A stretch of 61,352 bases of DNA, the filler included, from Gonapodya sp. JEL0774 (Eukaryota), in the NCBI GenBank assembly GCA_027604505.1. It is 10 parts of 10 records of this genome, joined end to end, with 100 filler letters (N's around TTAATTAATTAA, not from the genome) between each part and the next. Parts side by side here need not be neighbours in the genome. Positions count along the whole stretch, not along the records: positions 36,954 to 42,985 come from JADIIX010000637.1; positions 43,086 to 49,108 come from JADIIX010000638.1; 8 more parts are not named here. One strand, written 5' to 3'. Position 1 is the first letter of the stretch, and each line of letters opens with the position of its first letter. The translations under genes and the position numbers were made by a program. The notes below the pieces were generated by a model. It saw only the letters and a list, made by a program, of their open reading frames with translations. It had not been told where the DNA came from and did no database searches. Positions 37,182 through 48,751 of the stretch are shown here, one piece after another.

Positions 37182-39038
37182 ATGACGAACAAGGACCATC
37201 TTTCAAACTATTGGAATATAGGATGGATCGCTTTCCCTTTCTCTCTCAATTGGAGTGTTGAGCGCGGGAAGAAGGAGCTACAAGTTCCAAAAGGATGGCA
37301 GAATCTGGATATCGAATCGGCCAAGGCACTGCCGCCGCGTACAGCTATTGCCATTCAAACTGGCTCAGCATCGGGTATTATCGTCCTCGATATTGACAAT
37401 GTCGATGGGTGGCATCGTTTTCTCGAGGAAAGGGGTGTTGACGCTCCTGATACCGTCACAGCTCGTTCTCAGAGCGGCGGCCTTCACTACTATTTCAAGT
37501 GGACTGAAGCCATTGCAGACATCAAGTCAACGTCCGCACTCCTCGATGGTTGTGCAGATATCCGTAGCAATGGAGGCATGATTATTGCCTCGCCAAGTTC
37601 ATTCCATGTACCTGGTGAGAGTGATCCACGCAGCTATGCGTGGATTCAAAGCAAGTCACCGTGGGAACGTGAGCTTGCTGAAATGCCTGTCTGGCTTGTG
37701 GAAGCTTTGCGTGAGAGTGGAAGTGGCGCCGCGAGTACTGTCAAGCGACAGGGGCGTGTTCAACTCAATGGACCTGACACTGCCACAACACCTGATATGG
37801 TGAAAGATTTTATCATGGAAAGCTTTGGAACCTTGCCAACTTACGTTGGTAGTACCAAATGGCTTGGTGATGGTATGGGGTATGCCGTTTCCACAAGCGT
37901 GTTGGACTGCTGCTTCAAAAAAGCTCCGCATAAAGGAAACAAACAGTATATTTTCGTGAGCTCGAGTGGGGACATGACCCGGCGCTGCCACGATGGCGAA
38001 TGTCGCGAAAAAACGTGGGGTGCACGCCAGGTGACACCCGATATCAGTAAGGCTCTCGGGGAGATGTTTCCATCGAACCCAGTTGTGGACCCTGAGCTTG
38101 TGGGCAAAGCTTGTCAGGACGCAATGTCGCTCATCAATGAAGCTCACCCTGGTAACGAGAACGTGGAAATGATACACCAGCCAGACATGTCTGCATTCAA
38201 AGGTGCCCTGGATACATACTTCGGACGCAAACTGTGTACATTCTGTGGAAACGGTCGTCTAGTAGCCACAACGAGCAAGGATGGACTCTCCATCCAGTGT
38301 AATGGTCATGGTTGTAAATATCGATCACCAGCTTTGGGTTCGATGCCCATCTCCGCAGAGAAGTACCCACGGCTGGGCAACTTCTTCATGGTCGTCAATC
38401 AGCAATTCAACTTGACCTTAGCTGCAGAGCCTACTGCGTCTTGGACCGCGTTTCAGGGCGAGAAACATATATTCATTCCTGGGAACCCGGATTTAAACCG
38501 GCTGTTCGTGCACTCCCTGAGCGGCAACGATGCACGTGTGGCGGCATTTATCACGGCAGTGTGTCCGGATGATGTTGCTCTTGTAGAGAACGAGTGGTGG
38601 TCGTTCGAACCTTCCATGCATCGATGGATACAGCGCAGCGAGAATGCCATCATCGACAAAACTATCGGATCACAGAGAGTATACGACCTGTATGAGGTAG
38701 CGTGTTCCTACTACCAACGTGAAGCTGTTCGCTTGCGCGGCGATGCAGAAGCTGCACAAAGGGCAAAGTGGGTGAGAGAGATGTTCAACCAACTGGATAA
38801 GACGTCTTTCCGCAATGCAGTTATTGAGCGTATGAAGTCCCACTACGAGATGCGGGGCTTGTCGTTCGTCAAACTACGAGATCGCCTCGAACACATACTG
38901 GCCTTTGACAACGGTGTTATTGATCTAGGTTCACAAAGTGATGGCTGCACATATTGTTTCCGACTTGGGCGCCCCGACGATTACGTCACGATCACTACTG
39001 GATACGACTTTGATTATGAGCATGTTGATGCGAGCTAA
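37182..39038 (+). CDS. Virus-like primase-polymerase (Prim-Pol AEP + Zn finger + C4 Zn ribbon + D5_N), intronless, no SF3 helicase domain
   Basis: AEP motifs AIQTGSASGIIVLDID, SQSGGLHYYF and DIRSNGGMIIASPS. Zn finger CCFKKAPHKGN...RRCHDGEC. Ribbon CTFC...CNGHGC. D5_N: ILAFDNGVIDL...FRLGRPDDYVTITTGYDF. Confidence 0.88.
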   Translation: MTNKDHLSNYWNIGWIAFPFSLNWSVERGKKELQVPKGWQNLDIESAKALPPRTAIAIQTGSASGIIVLDIDNVDGWHRFLEERGVDAPDTVTARSQSGGLHYYFKWTEAIADIKSTSALLDGCADIRSNGGMIIASPSSFHVPGESDPRSYAWIQSKSPWERELAEMPVWLVEALRESGSGAASTVKRQGRVQLNGPDTATTPDMVKDFIMESFGTLPTYVGSTKWLGDGMGYAVSTSVLDCCFKKAPHKGNKQYIFVSSSGDMTRRCHDGECREKTWGARQVTPDISKALGEMFPSNPVVDPELVGKACQDAMSLINEAHPGNENVEMIHQPDMSAFKGALDTYFGRKLCTFCGNGRLVATTSKDGLSIQCNGHGCKYRSPALGSMPISAEKYPRLGNFFMVVNQQFNLTLAAEPTASWTAFQGEKHIFIPGNPDLNRLFVHSLSGNDARVAAFITAVCPDDVALVENEWWSFEPSMHRWIQRSENAIIDKTIGSQRVYDLYEVACSYYQREAVRLRGDAEAAQRAKWVREMFNQLDKTSFRNAVIERMKSHYEMRGLSFVKLRDRLEHILAFDNGVIDLGSQSDGCTYCFRLGRPDDYVTITTGYDFDYEHVDAS

Positions 39039-39125
39039 AGTGGAGGATGTCTTGGCCAAGATTCTTCCAGACGCAGCAGAGTGTCACAGAGCATCATATG
39101 ATCTGTGGGGTACGCAAACCAAGGG

Positions 39126-39217
39126 ATAGGATTGGATGGGGATGGGGATGGGATGAGGATGGGATGGGGATGGGGATGGGGATGGGTTGAATATGGGATG
39201 GAGGTTCCGAAACTTTT
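39126..39217 (-). repeat. (ATGGGG)n array plus GGAGGTTCCGAAACTTTT box; inverted copy of 37002-37069
   Basis: Reverse complement reads AAAAGTTTCGGAACCTCC..(CCCCAT)n..CCTCAT..(CCCCAT)n..ATCCTAT, matching the left arm including the CCTCAT variant and the ATCCTAT end. Confidence 0.88.
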
Positions 39218-39255
39218 TTCTGTGCATAACAGTAGTCAATTTGATTGATTCGGTA

Positions 39256-40407
39256 ATGACAACCAAACATCATCGTCTGAGAGTGCCTACAGACAGAGTG
39301 AACGCTATTACAGCTTTTGACGTCTCTCCTGAGATTGTACAAAGAGCTTGTCAGGAAGCTTTAATTCTTGTCAATGATGTCCATCCAGGTAATGCGAACG
39401 TTGCCATTGTCCATCGGCCAGACGCACACTCATTTCAAGGTGCTCTGGACACGTATTTTGGCCGAAAAGTGTGTCCATTTTGCGGACAGGGAAAATTGGT
39501 TGCAATTACAAACAAGGAGGGGCTCGCAATTCGGTGCGACTCTGCTGTTTGTGGATACAGGTCACCAGCAAATGGTGCCATGCCCGTCGCTATGGAAAAG
39601 TACAGAATATTGGGAAACTTTTTCGCGATGGTCAACGACGCAACAACTACCGTCAACAATTGCGGGTCAGACGCAATTGATGGGCCCGAACCGAATATGT
39701 TTCTGGGAGACGGTATTGTAATAAAGGAAAACTCTGAGCTCAACGCTCTTATTTTAGACGCTCTGTGCGGATGCGACCGCACGTTAGCCTGTCTCTTTGC
39801 ATATATTCATCGGGGACGGCTGGTCTATGCAAGTGACAAGCGATGGTACGAGTTTCGCGAACATCGATGGGTCAGTCGTGAGGTATCAACTCTCACAGAA
39901 CTTGTCGACGATCCACTATCGTCAGAGTTTTACATGACTTTGAACGCTGCCCTCGCGGAATACAATAAATCTGACGTCAAAGACAAAGACGCAAAGATCA
40001 AAAGGATTCTAAGGACATTGCAGAGTCTAGAAAGTGAAGAAAGGCAAAAAGTGATACTTTCACAATGTCAAGACGGAAGATTGCTGGGTGACATGGATGG
40101 GACGTTTCTGAGAAGATTGGACGCAGATCCGACGTTACTGGGATTTGATAATGGAGTATATGATTTGGAGAACCGCATCTTCCGAGATGGTCTACCTGAA
40201 GACTACGTGACTAAGAGTGTGGGTTATGATTACAATCCCGAGTTGGTCTATTTTGTTGAGACAAAATTTTCCTCGAGCAATGGTTGCAGGCAGGATCGTT
40301 GGCAGATGCAGCAGTTTCGCAAGTCATGGGGCACCAGAGAATCAGACGGTTATGTTATATTTCACGATGTGAATCAGGGATATCGGAAAACTAAATGTAA
40401 AGAATAA
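39256..40407 (+). CDS. Second D5_N-containing paralog (C4 Zn ribbon + D5_N; no Prim-Pol, no helicase), intronless
   Basis: GALDTYFGRKVCPFCGQGKLVA is shared with the upstream gene (GALDTYFGRKLCTFCGNGRLVA). D5_N: LLGFDNGVYDLENRIFRDGLPEDYVTKSVGYDY. Confidence 0.85.
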   Translation: MTTKHHRLRVPTDRVNAITAFDVSPEIVQRACQEALILVNDVHPGNANVAIVHRPDAHSFQGALDTYFGRKVCPFCGQGKLVAITNKEGLAIRCDSAVCGYRSPANGAMPVAMEKYRILGNFFAMVNDATTTVNNCGSDAIDGPEPNMFLGDGIVIKENSELNALILDALCGCDRTLACLFAYIHRGRLVYASDKRWYEFREHRWVSREVSTLTELVDDPLSSEFYMTLNAALAEYNKSDVKDKDAKIKRILRTLQSLESEERQKVILSQCQDGRLLGDMDGTFLRRLDADPTLLGFDNGVYDLENRIFRDGLPEDYVTKSVGYDYNPELVYFVETKFSSSNGCRQDRWQMQQFRKSWGTRESDGYVIFHDVNQGYRKTKCKE

Positions 40408-40528
40408 AATGAGCTGGAAATGATGATCTGCTGGTTGTCGTCAACAGATTGTAATGTGTCGAAATCAATTTCACTACCATCACTCCCTACATAAACATTG
40501 GACTACTACTTGGTTCCACAGAATCCAT

Positions 40529-42111
40529 TCACTTCTGCTTCAAAGTATCCATTTTGCCTCGAATTGCTTCCTCCCGCGCTCTCGATAACTTGGTTGTCTT
40601 CACTGCAATTTTCGGTCGAGCAGGCTTGCGCACAATCGTAATAACCACCTGCTCCACTTCCACCTCAGGCACAACATTCTGCGATTCAACCACAGTATCC
40701 ACATTATTGGCCGCACTGACGACGTCTGTAACTCCCAACACATCTCTCATGTTTCGAAGGCGCCTGTTGATTCCGTAGATCTGGCCGATGACTTTTGACA
40801 CTACATCCGCAGTCATTTCACGTTGAGATGTAGGAAAGTCAACCCATCCACAAGATCGAGTGAGAGCAACACGGGATTCCGGAAGCGGTTGCCGAGTCAA
40901 TCGTACATGGATTCTAGCTCCAATTCCTGTGCTCGTCAGTGCAGTGAAGACATTGTCCTCAGTCAGCACTGAAGGCAGTGTGTCTTGCAAATAACGCAAG
41001 TTCCTTGCGGCATCGCACCTCCCTTTCCGGATGTCTTCCTCAGCTTCACGGTTGCTACCGTGCTTGTACTCAAATCCGAACAAGCATATGTTGTGATCGA
41101 CACCGTGGTACACGAGACTTGCATCTTTCATCTCCGGGCTTGCTGGTTTGACACCAGGGGTCGTTGTGTTCCAGTACCACTGCATGTCACGTTCAAGCTT
41201 GATGAGGGCTTCGATAAAAACAGCGATTGACTTCTCAATGCTGCGTTCGCTGGTGACAAAATGTGATGGAAGGTGTCTTTCCAGACAGTAGAAGCTGTAG
41301 GGAGAGATATCCATTGGCATTTGCAAAGTACAAGCGAGCTTCTGACTCACTATGACTTTATGGCAGTTTGGAGTTTGTCATACTGAGCAATGTTGTCGTT
41401 GAATTGAACTGGCCCAACTCCAACACATTCTGGTGTGAGTCCAATTTGAGAGATATTGCCGTTTTGCAGACAATCAACTGTGTGCGATATGATGGTTGAG
41501 ACTTCTGGAGGTATAGAATCATCCCACTCGAGAGTTCCGAGAATACAGTTGAAAATGTTATCAAGTTGGACCTTGCACCAAGGAGGGGCATTGGGGTCGT
41601 TGTAGAGTTCCGCTTGAATGAAGCTATGTGCAAGGAAATGCATGAATGCGGATATTGTGCAAAGAGTCATGATTTGGCAATTCACGCACGGATTATGGGT
41701 GTCTTTCTCGTACAGTCGGGCGTAAGGAGGATACTTGCTCAGAGTGTCCATGACTATGTCAATGAAGGAGCCAAGTTCTTTGGGTGAAAACAGATTGAGC
41801 AATGGCAAAACTGCTTCTTTGCTACTGCTATCGATTTGTTGTTGCAAATCTTCTTGGGACATGATCCGCCTCGACGTCCCCGCAGCCTGACTGGAAACCG
41901 ACGTTGATATTTGATCGGGATGAACAATTCCAAACTTTTCAACGAGTGTCTTGATTTCTTTGACGAGCGGAGTGACGGTGTCTCTCGGGGTGACCGAACT
42001 AGATATCGCGGCGGCTAGATTTGGATATCGGAGAAAATCATGGAATCGAGCGCCCCACAAAAGTTACCTGTCGATATATTCGGGTGCCGGTTTTTGCTCT
42101 GGTTTCGCCAT
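40529..42111 (-). CDS. Spliced protein with C-terminal restriction-endonuclease-like PD-(D/E)xK motif (CRN/CR-REase-like)
   Basis: ORFs 41350-42060 and 40529-41350 are joined by a GT-AG intron (IKSY|FYCLERH). Motifs SERSIEKS...MKDASL...LFGFEYK...EEDIRKG. Start codon is a best guess. Confidence 0.55.
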
Positions 42112-42213
42112 CGGACTGGGTGACATTCGTGGAGAATGGAGATTCTGCGAAGGCCATCGGTGGACCAAGCTGACTTTGGACATATGTCAGAATATATTGT
42201 TCATCGCGACGAG

Positions 42214-42985
42214 CTACTTTTTTACAGGTGGTAAAATATTCCACAAATGCGCTTCCACTCTCGTGTCGAATGACGTTCTAGACAACAGAGAAGTTGCAAA
42301 ACTATGCGGTCCCACCGTCTTCATACCAGATATGAACCCAATTGCTTCGGTGTACAGCACAATTGTCGGGATATGCTCTGCAGGAGCATTCCCTAGAGAA
42401 ACCCAACTTATATCACACAACATGCGAACACCGCGCATCCGTTCAATACCTCGAAATACAAGTTCTCGGAGATCTTTTGCTGTCCACACTTCCTGCTCCC
42501 CGGGAGCGGGAGATTTGTAGTACACCGAAACGTTTGCTGTCAGGCCACAATACTGTATCGATCCAACTCTTTCTTTCTTCTTCACGATCGGAACGCAAAT
42601 CATTTCATATTCCTTCCAAACATCTTCTTGCGACCGGCGATGGATCGGGAGTTGCAAAACGTCGTTCCGCGGATCCCCAATACATGAGATCCGACCGCGT
42701 TCGTGAGGAGAAACACTCATGTAATGATGTGCGCTACGATTCCGGATAACTTGAGGATGTAACCACCCATCCACGAGTGCCGAGTCCGGCTGCCCATCCA
42801 AGCGCGCAACGACGTGATGTTCGGTGAGGAGATTGTAACCAGGCAGGTCTATTTTCCCATCAGTGCGATGAATGTGGAAGTTCCGACCATCGAGCACTAC
42901 AAGTCGGCTAATGTCAATGGCTGCGCGTCCGTCCCTCCACATCGTGCGTTCTGCTGAATCTTGCCACGACCGACATACAAGAGCG
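42214..42985 (-). CDS. F-box-like protein, 5' truncated by contig end
   Basis: The frame is open to the contig edge and begins ALVCRSWQDSAERTMWR, typical of the end of an F-box motif. The visible part is intronless. Confidence 0.5.
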
Positions 42986-43147
42986 NNNNNNNNNNNNNNN
43001 NNNNNNNNNNNNNNNNNNNNNNNNNNNNNTTAATTAATTAANNNNNNNNNNNNNNNNNNNNNNNNNNNNNNNNNNNNNNNNNNNNTTTCGAGGCTTGGGC
43101 CGGCTTCCTTCAGCGTCTCCCTGAAGCTGCGTTCGAAAATTCATCGG

Positions 43148-44847
43148 ATGTGCTACACGATGACCCCAGATAACAACGAGGAGCTCTTTTCCGCGCAAGC
43201 TGTGTTCCAGGATCTCCGCCTCAGTTCCCAATTACCTGGGCTGCCGTACCCCGCGGCCAACCAGAGTGCCCTAGCCTTCCCGGCGGTCGACGGACTCGAA
43301 GAGTACACGGCGAGCTACATCGCAAAAATGATTCAAGAAGAGGTAAGATGGATCTCCGCTTCAGCTTGTGCCTGATGCAGACGTTCCATCCGGGGCCCAT
43401 TCTACATTTCGGAACGTTGTGCCGCATTCAATCAGGAGCTCCACTTACCTCGACCAGATGCCCTGGATTATCAAACAGAGATTAGTCACTCTCGTGAGTG
43501 TCCCTGCTGAAAGGTTTTTCGACAACGGGGCGGTTCGTCAAAAGCTCGTTCTCTCGGGCACGTTAACACAATACCTTGACATTCAGAACGACGGTACTTG
43601 ATCGATTGGCTAATCAGTAAGTCTTATTTGAATATGTTGGCGCGCAATGGGCGGTCCATTCCTAAGATCTACCGACGGCTCATTATATAAGGTGTGGCAT
43701 CCAAATTCAATCTCCACGTCGAAACTCTCCCACTCGCGGTGAACCTTGTCGGTGAGTAATCGATTCAAGTCATATAGAGTCGCGTCATTTGACCATTTTG
43801 CTAACGCTTTAGATCGCTACCTCTCACACCGCGTTGTGCCGCTTGACGACTTGTGAGCCGCCTTGAGTTCATGAAATCCACACCGAATCAAATCGTCATG
43901 TCTTGCAACCCTCTCTTTGTTCTCCACACAGTCAACTTCTCGGAGTTACGTGCCTCTTCATTGCGTCGAAGTACAACGACCTCCCTTGCAGAGTTCTCAC
44001 GATCCGCTCCGCACTCACACTTTGCTGCGCCATGCACACAAACACGGACATATACGAGATGGAGCACAGAATTCTTGAAGTCATGGGGTACAACTTGGCC
44101 TACAAGAGCCCCAGTGCGCTGATCGAGTTGGTTGCCAACGCGGGCAGCGCATCACGGCGTAACGAACCCAACGCGTACCTCCCCGGGGCCGACACGATCT
44201 ATCCATGCGTGTTTAGCGACGAGGCCCTCATGGGCGACCTTCATGAGCCCGCGCATTGCCATGGTGTCAACACCGGTCCTTTGCACGCACTTCCCCCCGC
44301 GACCACAAACGGCGTCGCTATGCAACGGTACATCGAGCCGCCACACCGACCAACACTTCCGTTTCCCACACTCAATTCAATGCTCGTTCAGCTTGCACAC
44401 CACATTCTGAAACTCTCTCTCTTGCACTCACGCTTTACCGGCATTCAAAGCAGTCAGATGGCGGTAGGTGCGATTGTTGCCGCGGACAAGATCTTGGTCG
44501 GAACGGGAGAAATCGTTCCAGGAACGTTATTGGTGAGCCAATTGATTTGGAAAATTGGAGTGGTGTGCACATGCCCTTCATCATCATGTCACCCATCACA
44601 CGAACATCAGGACGCCGACACCATCTCCGCCCTCCTCACGGTCCTCTCATCCCCACAAAGCATTTGGGATATTGCCCACCACCTCGTCGACGTCGTCACG
44701 CACGTGCACTACGAATCGGTCTCAATGCTCGTTCTTGAACTGCTTACCCACCGTGCGGCCACCAGAGCTGCCAGACGTCATGTGCATCGGAGCATCGCAT
44801 CGAACTTGCCCACACCGCCGCCGGAAAGGGACTTACTCATCTTGTAA
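43148..44847 (+). CDS. Cyclin (cyclin box), probably G1/S-type, multi-exon; start uncertain
   Basis: Spliced LPRPDALDYQTEISHSQRRYLIDWLISVASKFNLHVETLPLAVNLVDRYLSHRVV..QLLGVTCLFIASKYND...IYEMEHRILEVMGYNL. Confidence 0.9.
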
Positions 44848-45194
44848 ACACGCTGCTTATGTTCGAGGTCGGCATGACCAACATTGAAGACTGTTCCAAC
44901 GTTCGCATGAGTACAAGCCCCCGCCCATAATCAGCCAAGAACAGGAGCACATAATGAGACAAGGAGAGGCGATCACATCATTTCACAACATCTGACTTTC
45001 TCAAAGAATTCTTTTTCATGAGCCGCATAACTCACCTTTTGTTGTAGTCTTCCTCAATTCTGCTAATTCACAACTTTTCAGACTTTCTTGAAACCCGTAA
45101 TGTAACTTGATATCCATTTTAAATACGAACTTAAATTGCACAATCACTACGTGAAACCTAAATTCAATCGGTGAAACACTACCGTGGGCTCAGA

Positions 45195-48100
45195 TCATGC
45201 ACCTCTACAATCGAACTTCGCCCAACTCTCCGTCCCTTATAATTCATCAGGCTCCACGACAAAGCACTCAGAGCTTCGTCTCTACATGATCTTTCCCAGT
45301 AGACACATGATCAGTACCTTCTTGAACTTCCATGGCTTTGATCACTCCAACCACTCCTGCCACTGCCTCTCTTAAATAACTCAAACTCTCCTTCCTCGGC
45401 CGCGGTCCAGACGAACCCGTCCGCGCCGCCCCACTCATGGTTACGTTTCGCGCGCTAGAAGACCGCGAGAGAGAGATAGTTCCGGCAACATGGGAACTCG
45501 GAGGGGTGGCAGGTGTCGTCACAGTCGGAGACCCAGTCCGCGGTGGTGTGGAGGTGGGTACTCGAGATTGGAGCGCAGCACCGGGTAAGGATACCGCCGA
45601 TGCTGTCCGAGATTGCGCGGCGCCTCGTTTTCCCAATAACTCGAGATTCCGCTCGGAAAACTCTTGGTATGCGTCGTTGGAATCCTCGTCCTCTTGCCGA
45701 GCTCGAGATACTGAACTTGGTGTCGGTGTACGCGGTGAGTTGGGCGATGCGGATGTTTGGGGGTATACGGGAGAAGGTACAAGTTGTGCTGTGCTACTGC
45801 TGCCTGCAGCCCGCAGTGGTGTGGGTGAAGACAGTGATGGTGCAGCACCCGCATTTGCGACAATCTCATCACTACCACCGTGACTGCCAACTCCAGTGTG
45901 GGCCTGCGTCGTTGCCCTCACAATCCCTGCCAAAGGTCCTCGCCGCGTTTTGGCTTCGAACCACGTGGTGTCTTCGCCATCAGCCTCCCCTTCCTCGTCC
46001 GATTGATTCCGAGGTTGCAATTGGGAATCTCCCGACGGAGCAAACGAACTCAGTACTGGCGAGGTTGGCGACGCGGGTATAACTTCGAGCGCTACCCTAG
46101 TCACCGACGAAGGCTTCGTTTGAATTCTCCTTGCCGCCCTCGCTTCGTCATCCTCACTGTCACTCCCTCCATCGCCAGGTTTAATCTCGGCGCTGAGTGC
46201 CGACTTTCTCCTCATTCCTGAATGATGGTCGAACGGCGAAGGGGAAGCAGACGGCAACGGCGGTGGAACGCTTTGGGCCGAATCCATATATGAAGGACCT
46301 CCGTGCACTCCACCACCATTGGTACTGTACCCGGCGTACCCTCCCGTAGATGTAGTGCTCATCTTCCGCCAGCCCCACATCTTCCCAGGCGACCCCGCTC
46401 CGTCGGGTCCCTGATCGTTTGACTGTCCTTCCGCTAGGACGTTGCCGTTCGCCCCCAGCCCTTCCAAATGTGTCCTCACCATGTCCCCGTCTGCGCCAAC
46501 GAGCTCGTCCACGCACCGTCCGTTGCGCCAGAACTGTGTCGTGGGTGTGTACTGGACCGCCAGCTCGGCGCACAGGGAGGGTAAATGGTCGACGGAGAGA
46601 CGGGTCAAGAGGTACTGAGCAGGGTCGACCGCGAGGGCCAGAGTGTGGTACTTGGAGTCAAGAAACCGACAAGGTGGACACCTTTACGAAACAGTATGTG
46701 GGCAGGGTGCAGAAATGCTTATTGGTGCCTTGTCTTGGTCCGACTCAGACAATGTAAAACTTCCCCCCTCAAGACCCACCACTCTGCATAATACATGACG
46801 GCAACCACTCTCGTCTTGGACCCTTCGATGACATACTTTTCAAATTGGCGTTCGGTCTCGATGGTGGGCACCGGTACGTCAGGGTCGTAATCCGGTGTCG
46901 AAACGGGGTCGGGAGGAACCAGGTTCGGAGTCGGGGTGCGGGGTGGGAAGGGAAAGTTTGGGAGGTCGCCGTGGAAGGGAAAGGCGTCGGGGGGAGGAGT
47001 TCCTGAGGGAGTGCGCTGATGCAGGGGTGCGGAGGTTGAGGGAGATTCTCACGAGAGGTAGCCGTTGCATTCACATGACAGAAAGACTCACCCTTCCATC
47101 CATACTTGGCGCACCTGCGGTGGTCGACATTGGCACACCACCAACAGTGGTATGGGACCTCGAACCCATGCCCAGTACCATCGAGCTTTGCGTCCTCCCC
47201 ATACCACCGTTGGGACCACCAGTGTTTACACCCGACCCCGGGTTCGATTTGAAGAATCCCAGCAAGTTGGATTGCGATCCACCTGGCCGGCCTTGCAAGC
47301 CCCGCGCCAAAGGTGCCAAGGGACCATCAGTGCGAGTGCGAGCGATCGGCTGAGGGGCATACAGGGGTCCTGCGTCGCCAGAGTTTGACCCACGTCGGGC
47401 GCCGTGATCGATAGACCCTCGAGCAGACGAGGATGGTCGCCGCATGTTGGCCAACTCGGCTGCGGCAAGTGCGGCGGCCGCAGCGGTCGCCGCACGTTCT
47501 CGCTCTCGTTGAGAAACTTCCAGGCGTTGACGGGCGGAGGGTGTAAGCAATGCGTTTCGGGTGTTGGCTGCGGTGATTTCGGTGAAGACCGGTCGGTAGG
47601 GAGTGAGAGCGGTGGATGCTGCTGCCAGACCGAGGGTGGAGCTAGAAGGACCATCGGTAGCAGCACTGGTAATCATTCCGAATCCGAATCCGAGTCCGGT
47701 GCCGTTGCGGACCAACGGAGTGTGGTTGTAATCCATGGACGGCCGGTGGCCATTCGAGGGATCGACGTGCAGATTAGGCTGTGCCAATTGCGCCATCAGT
47801 GCCAAGTCGTGTCCTTCAAGTGCTCCTTCCGGTGGTGTTGAGGTACCAGAACCGGTCGTTGGTCCAAGACCTGTCCCCGAACCAGCACTCGGATTATCAG
47901 CCGCTATGTGTCCAGTTCCTTGATCTGCAGTACTCGCACCACGATGCAGACTCCCTCCCACACCAAAGAAATGCCCAGTGTGCGAAAAAGTCCGAGACAT
48001 GGCACGCTTCTGCGGCGTACCACCCGGCGACTCGTCAATGACAGCTGAGTTTGCTCCATCAGAACTGTGACTGACCCCAGCAGCGCCAGCACCACCAATA

Positions 48101-48324
48101 AAAGACCGAATAGAGTGTAGCAATGAGCCTCTGTGCGACGAGTTTCTTTTTCGGCCCAGTCTGTCCGGGGATGTGGGCGATGTCGGGCTCCCCGGCTCGA
48201 CGACCGAGAACGATTCAGAGTAAGACCTCGCCATTGTCAGAGGCGTCGCTCGAATGACTCCCTTTACAGCACTTGTGGTTAATGGCTCCGCGTCAATGGC
48301 ACCGGTGCTGTCACTCCAGGGCAT
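45195..48324 (-). CDS. Large low-complexity protein with an internal thioredoxin domain (WCPPC)
   Basis: Across an intron: AVMYYAEW|CPPCRFLDSKYHTLA...LTRLSVDHLPSLCAELAVQYTPTTQFWRNGRCVDELVGAD. Flanks are Ser/Gly/Pro-rich. Gene ends are approximate. Confidence 0.75.
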
Positions 48325-48679
48325 CGTCTGGATATGGGGTGTTTCTCGTTGTTTGTGCCGAAGATTGGACCATGAGGATGCCAGCGGTTTTCGACCACCT
48401 GGAGCTCCTGTTATGTGAGAAGACGCAGATCTTTGGCAACGAACACGTTTGTCTAGTCTTTTGGTGTTGATTTTGCTTGTGTTTGAGCGGCAAGATTGCC
48501 GTGACCGCGTCAATCGTCATCACATAGGCTGACATTTGTATTTCCCCATTTTTTCCATTCTTAAAAAGATGGGCCTGAGAGGCTTTCTGTCGGTTTGTAT
48601 GGGGAGAAAAGAATTTCTCATGACAACCCAACTGTAAAACGATTATAATTTAAAATTTTCCTAGACCGGATATCACTAG

Positions 48680-48751
48680 TCTTCGGTAGTATAGTGGCCA
48701 GTATCTCCCCCTGTCACGGGGAAGACCCGGGTTCAATTCCCGGCCGAAGAG
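48680..48751 (+). tRNA. tRNA-Asp(GTC)
   Basis: Acceptor stem TCTTCGG/CCGAAGA with G discriminator; anticodon arm TCCCC-CTGTCAC-GGGGA; T arm CCGGG-TTCAATT-CCCGG; followed by a T6 Pol III terminator. Confidence 0.97.
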
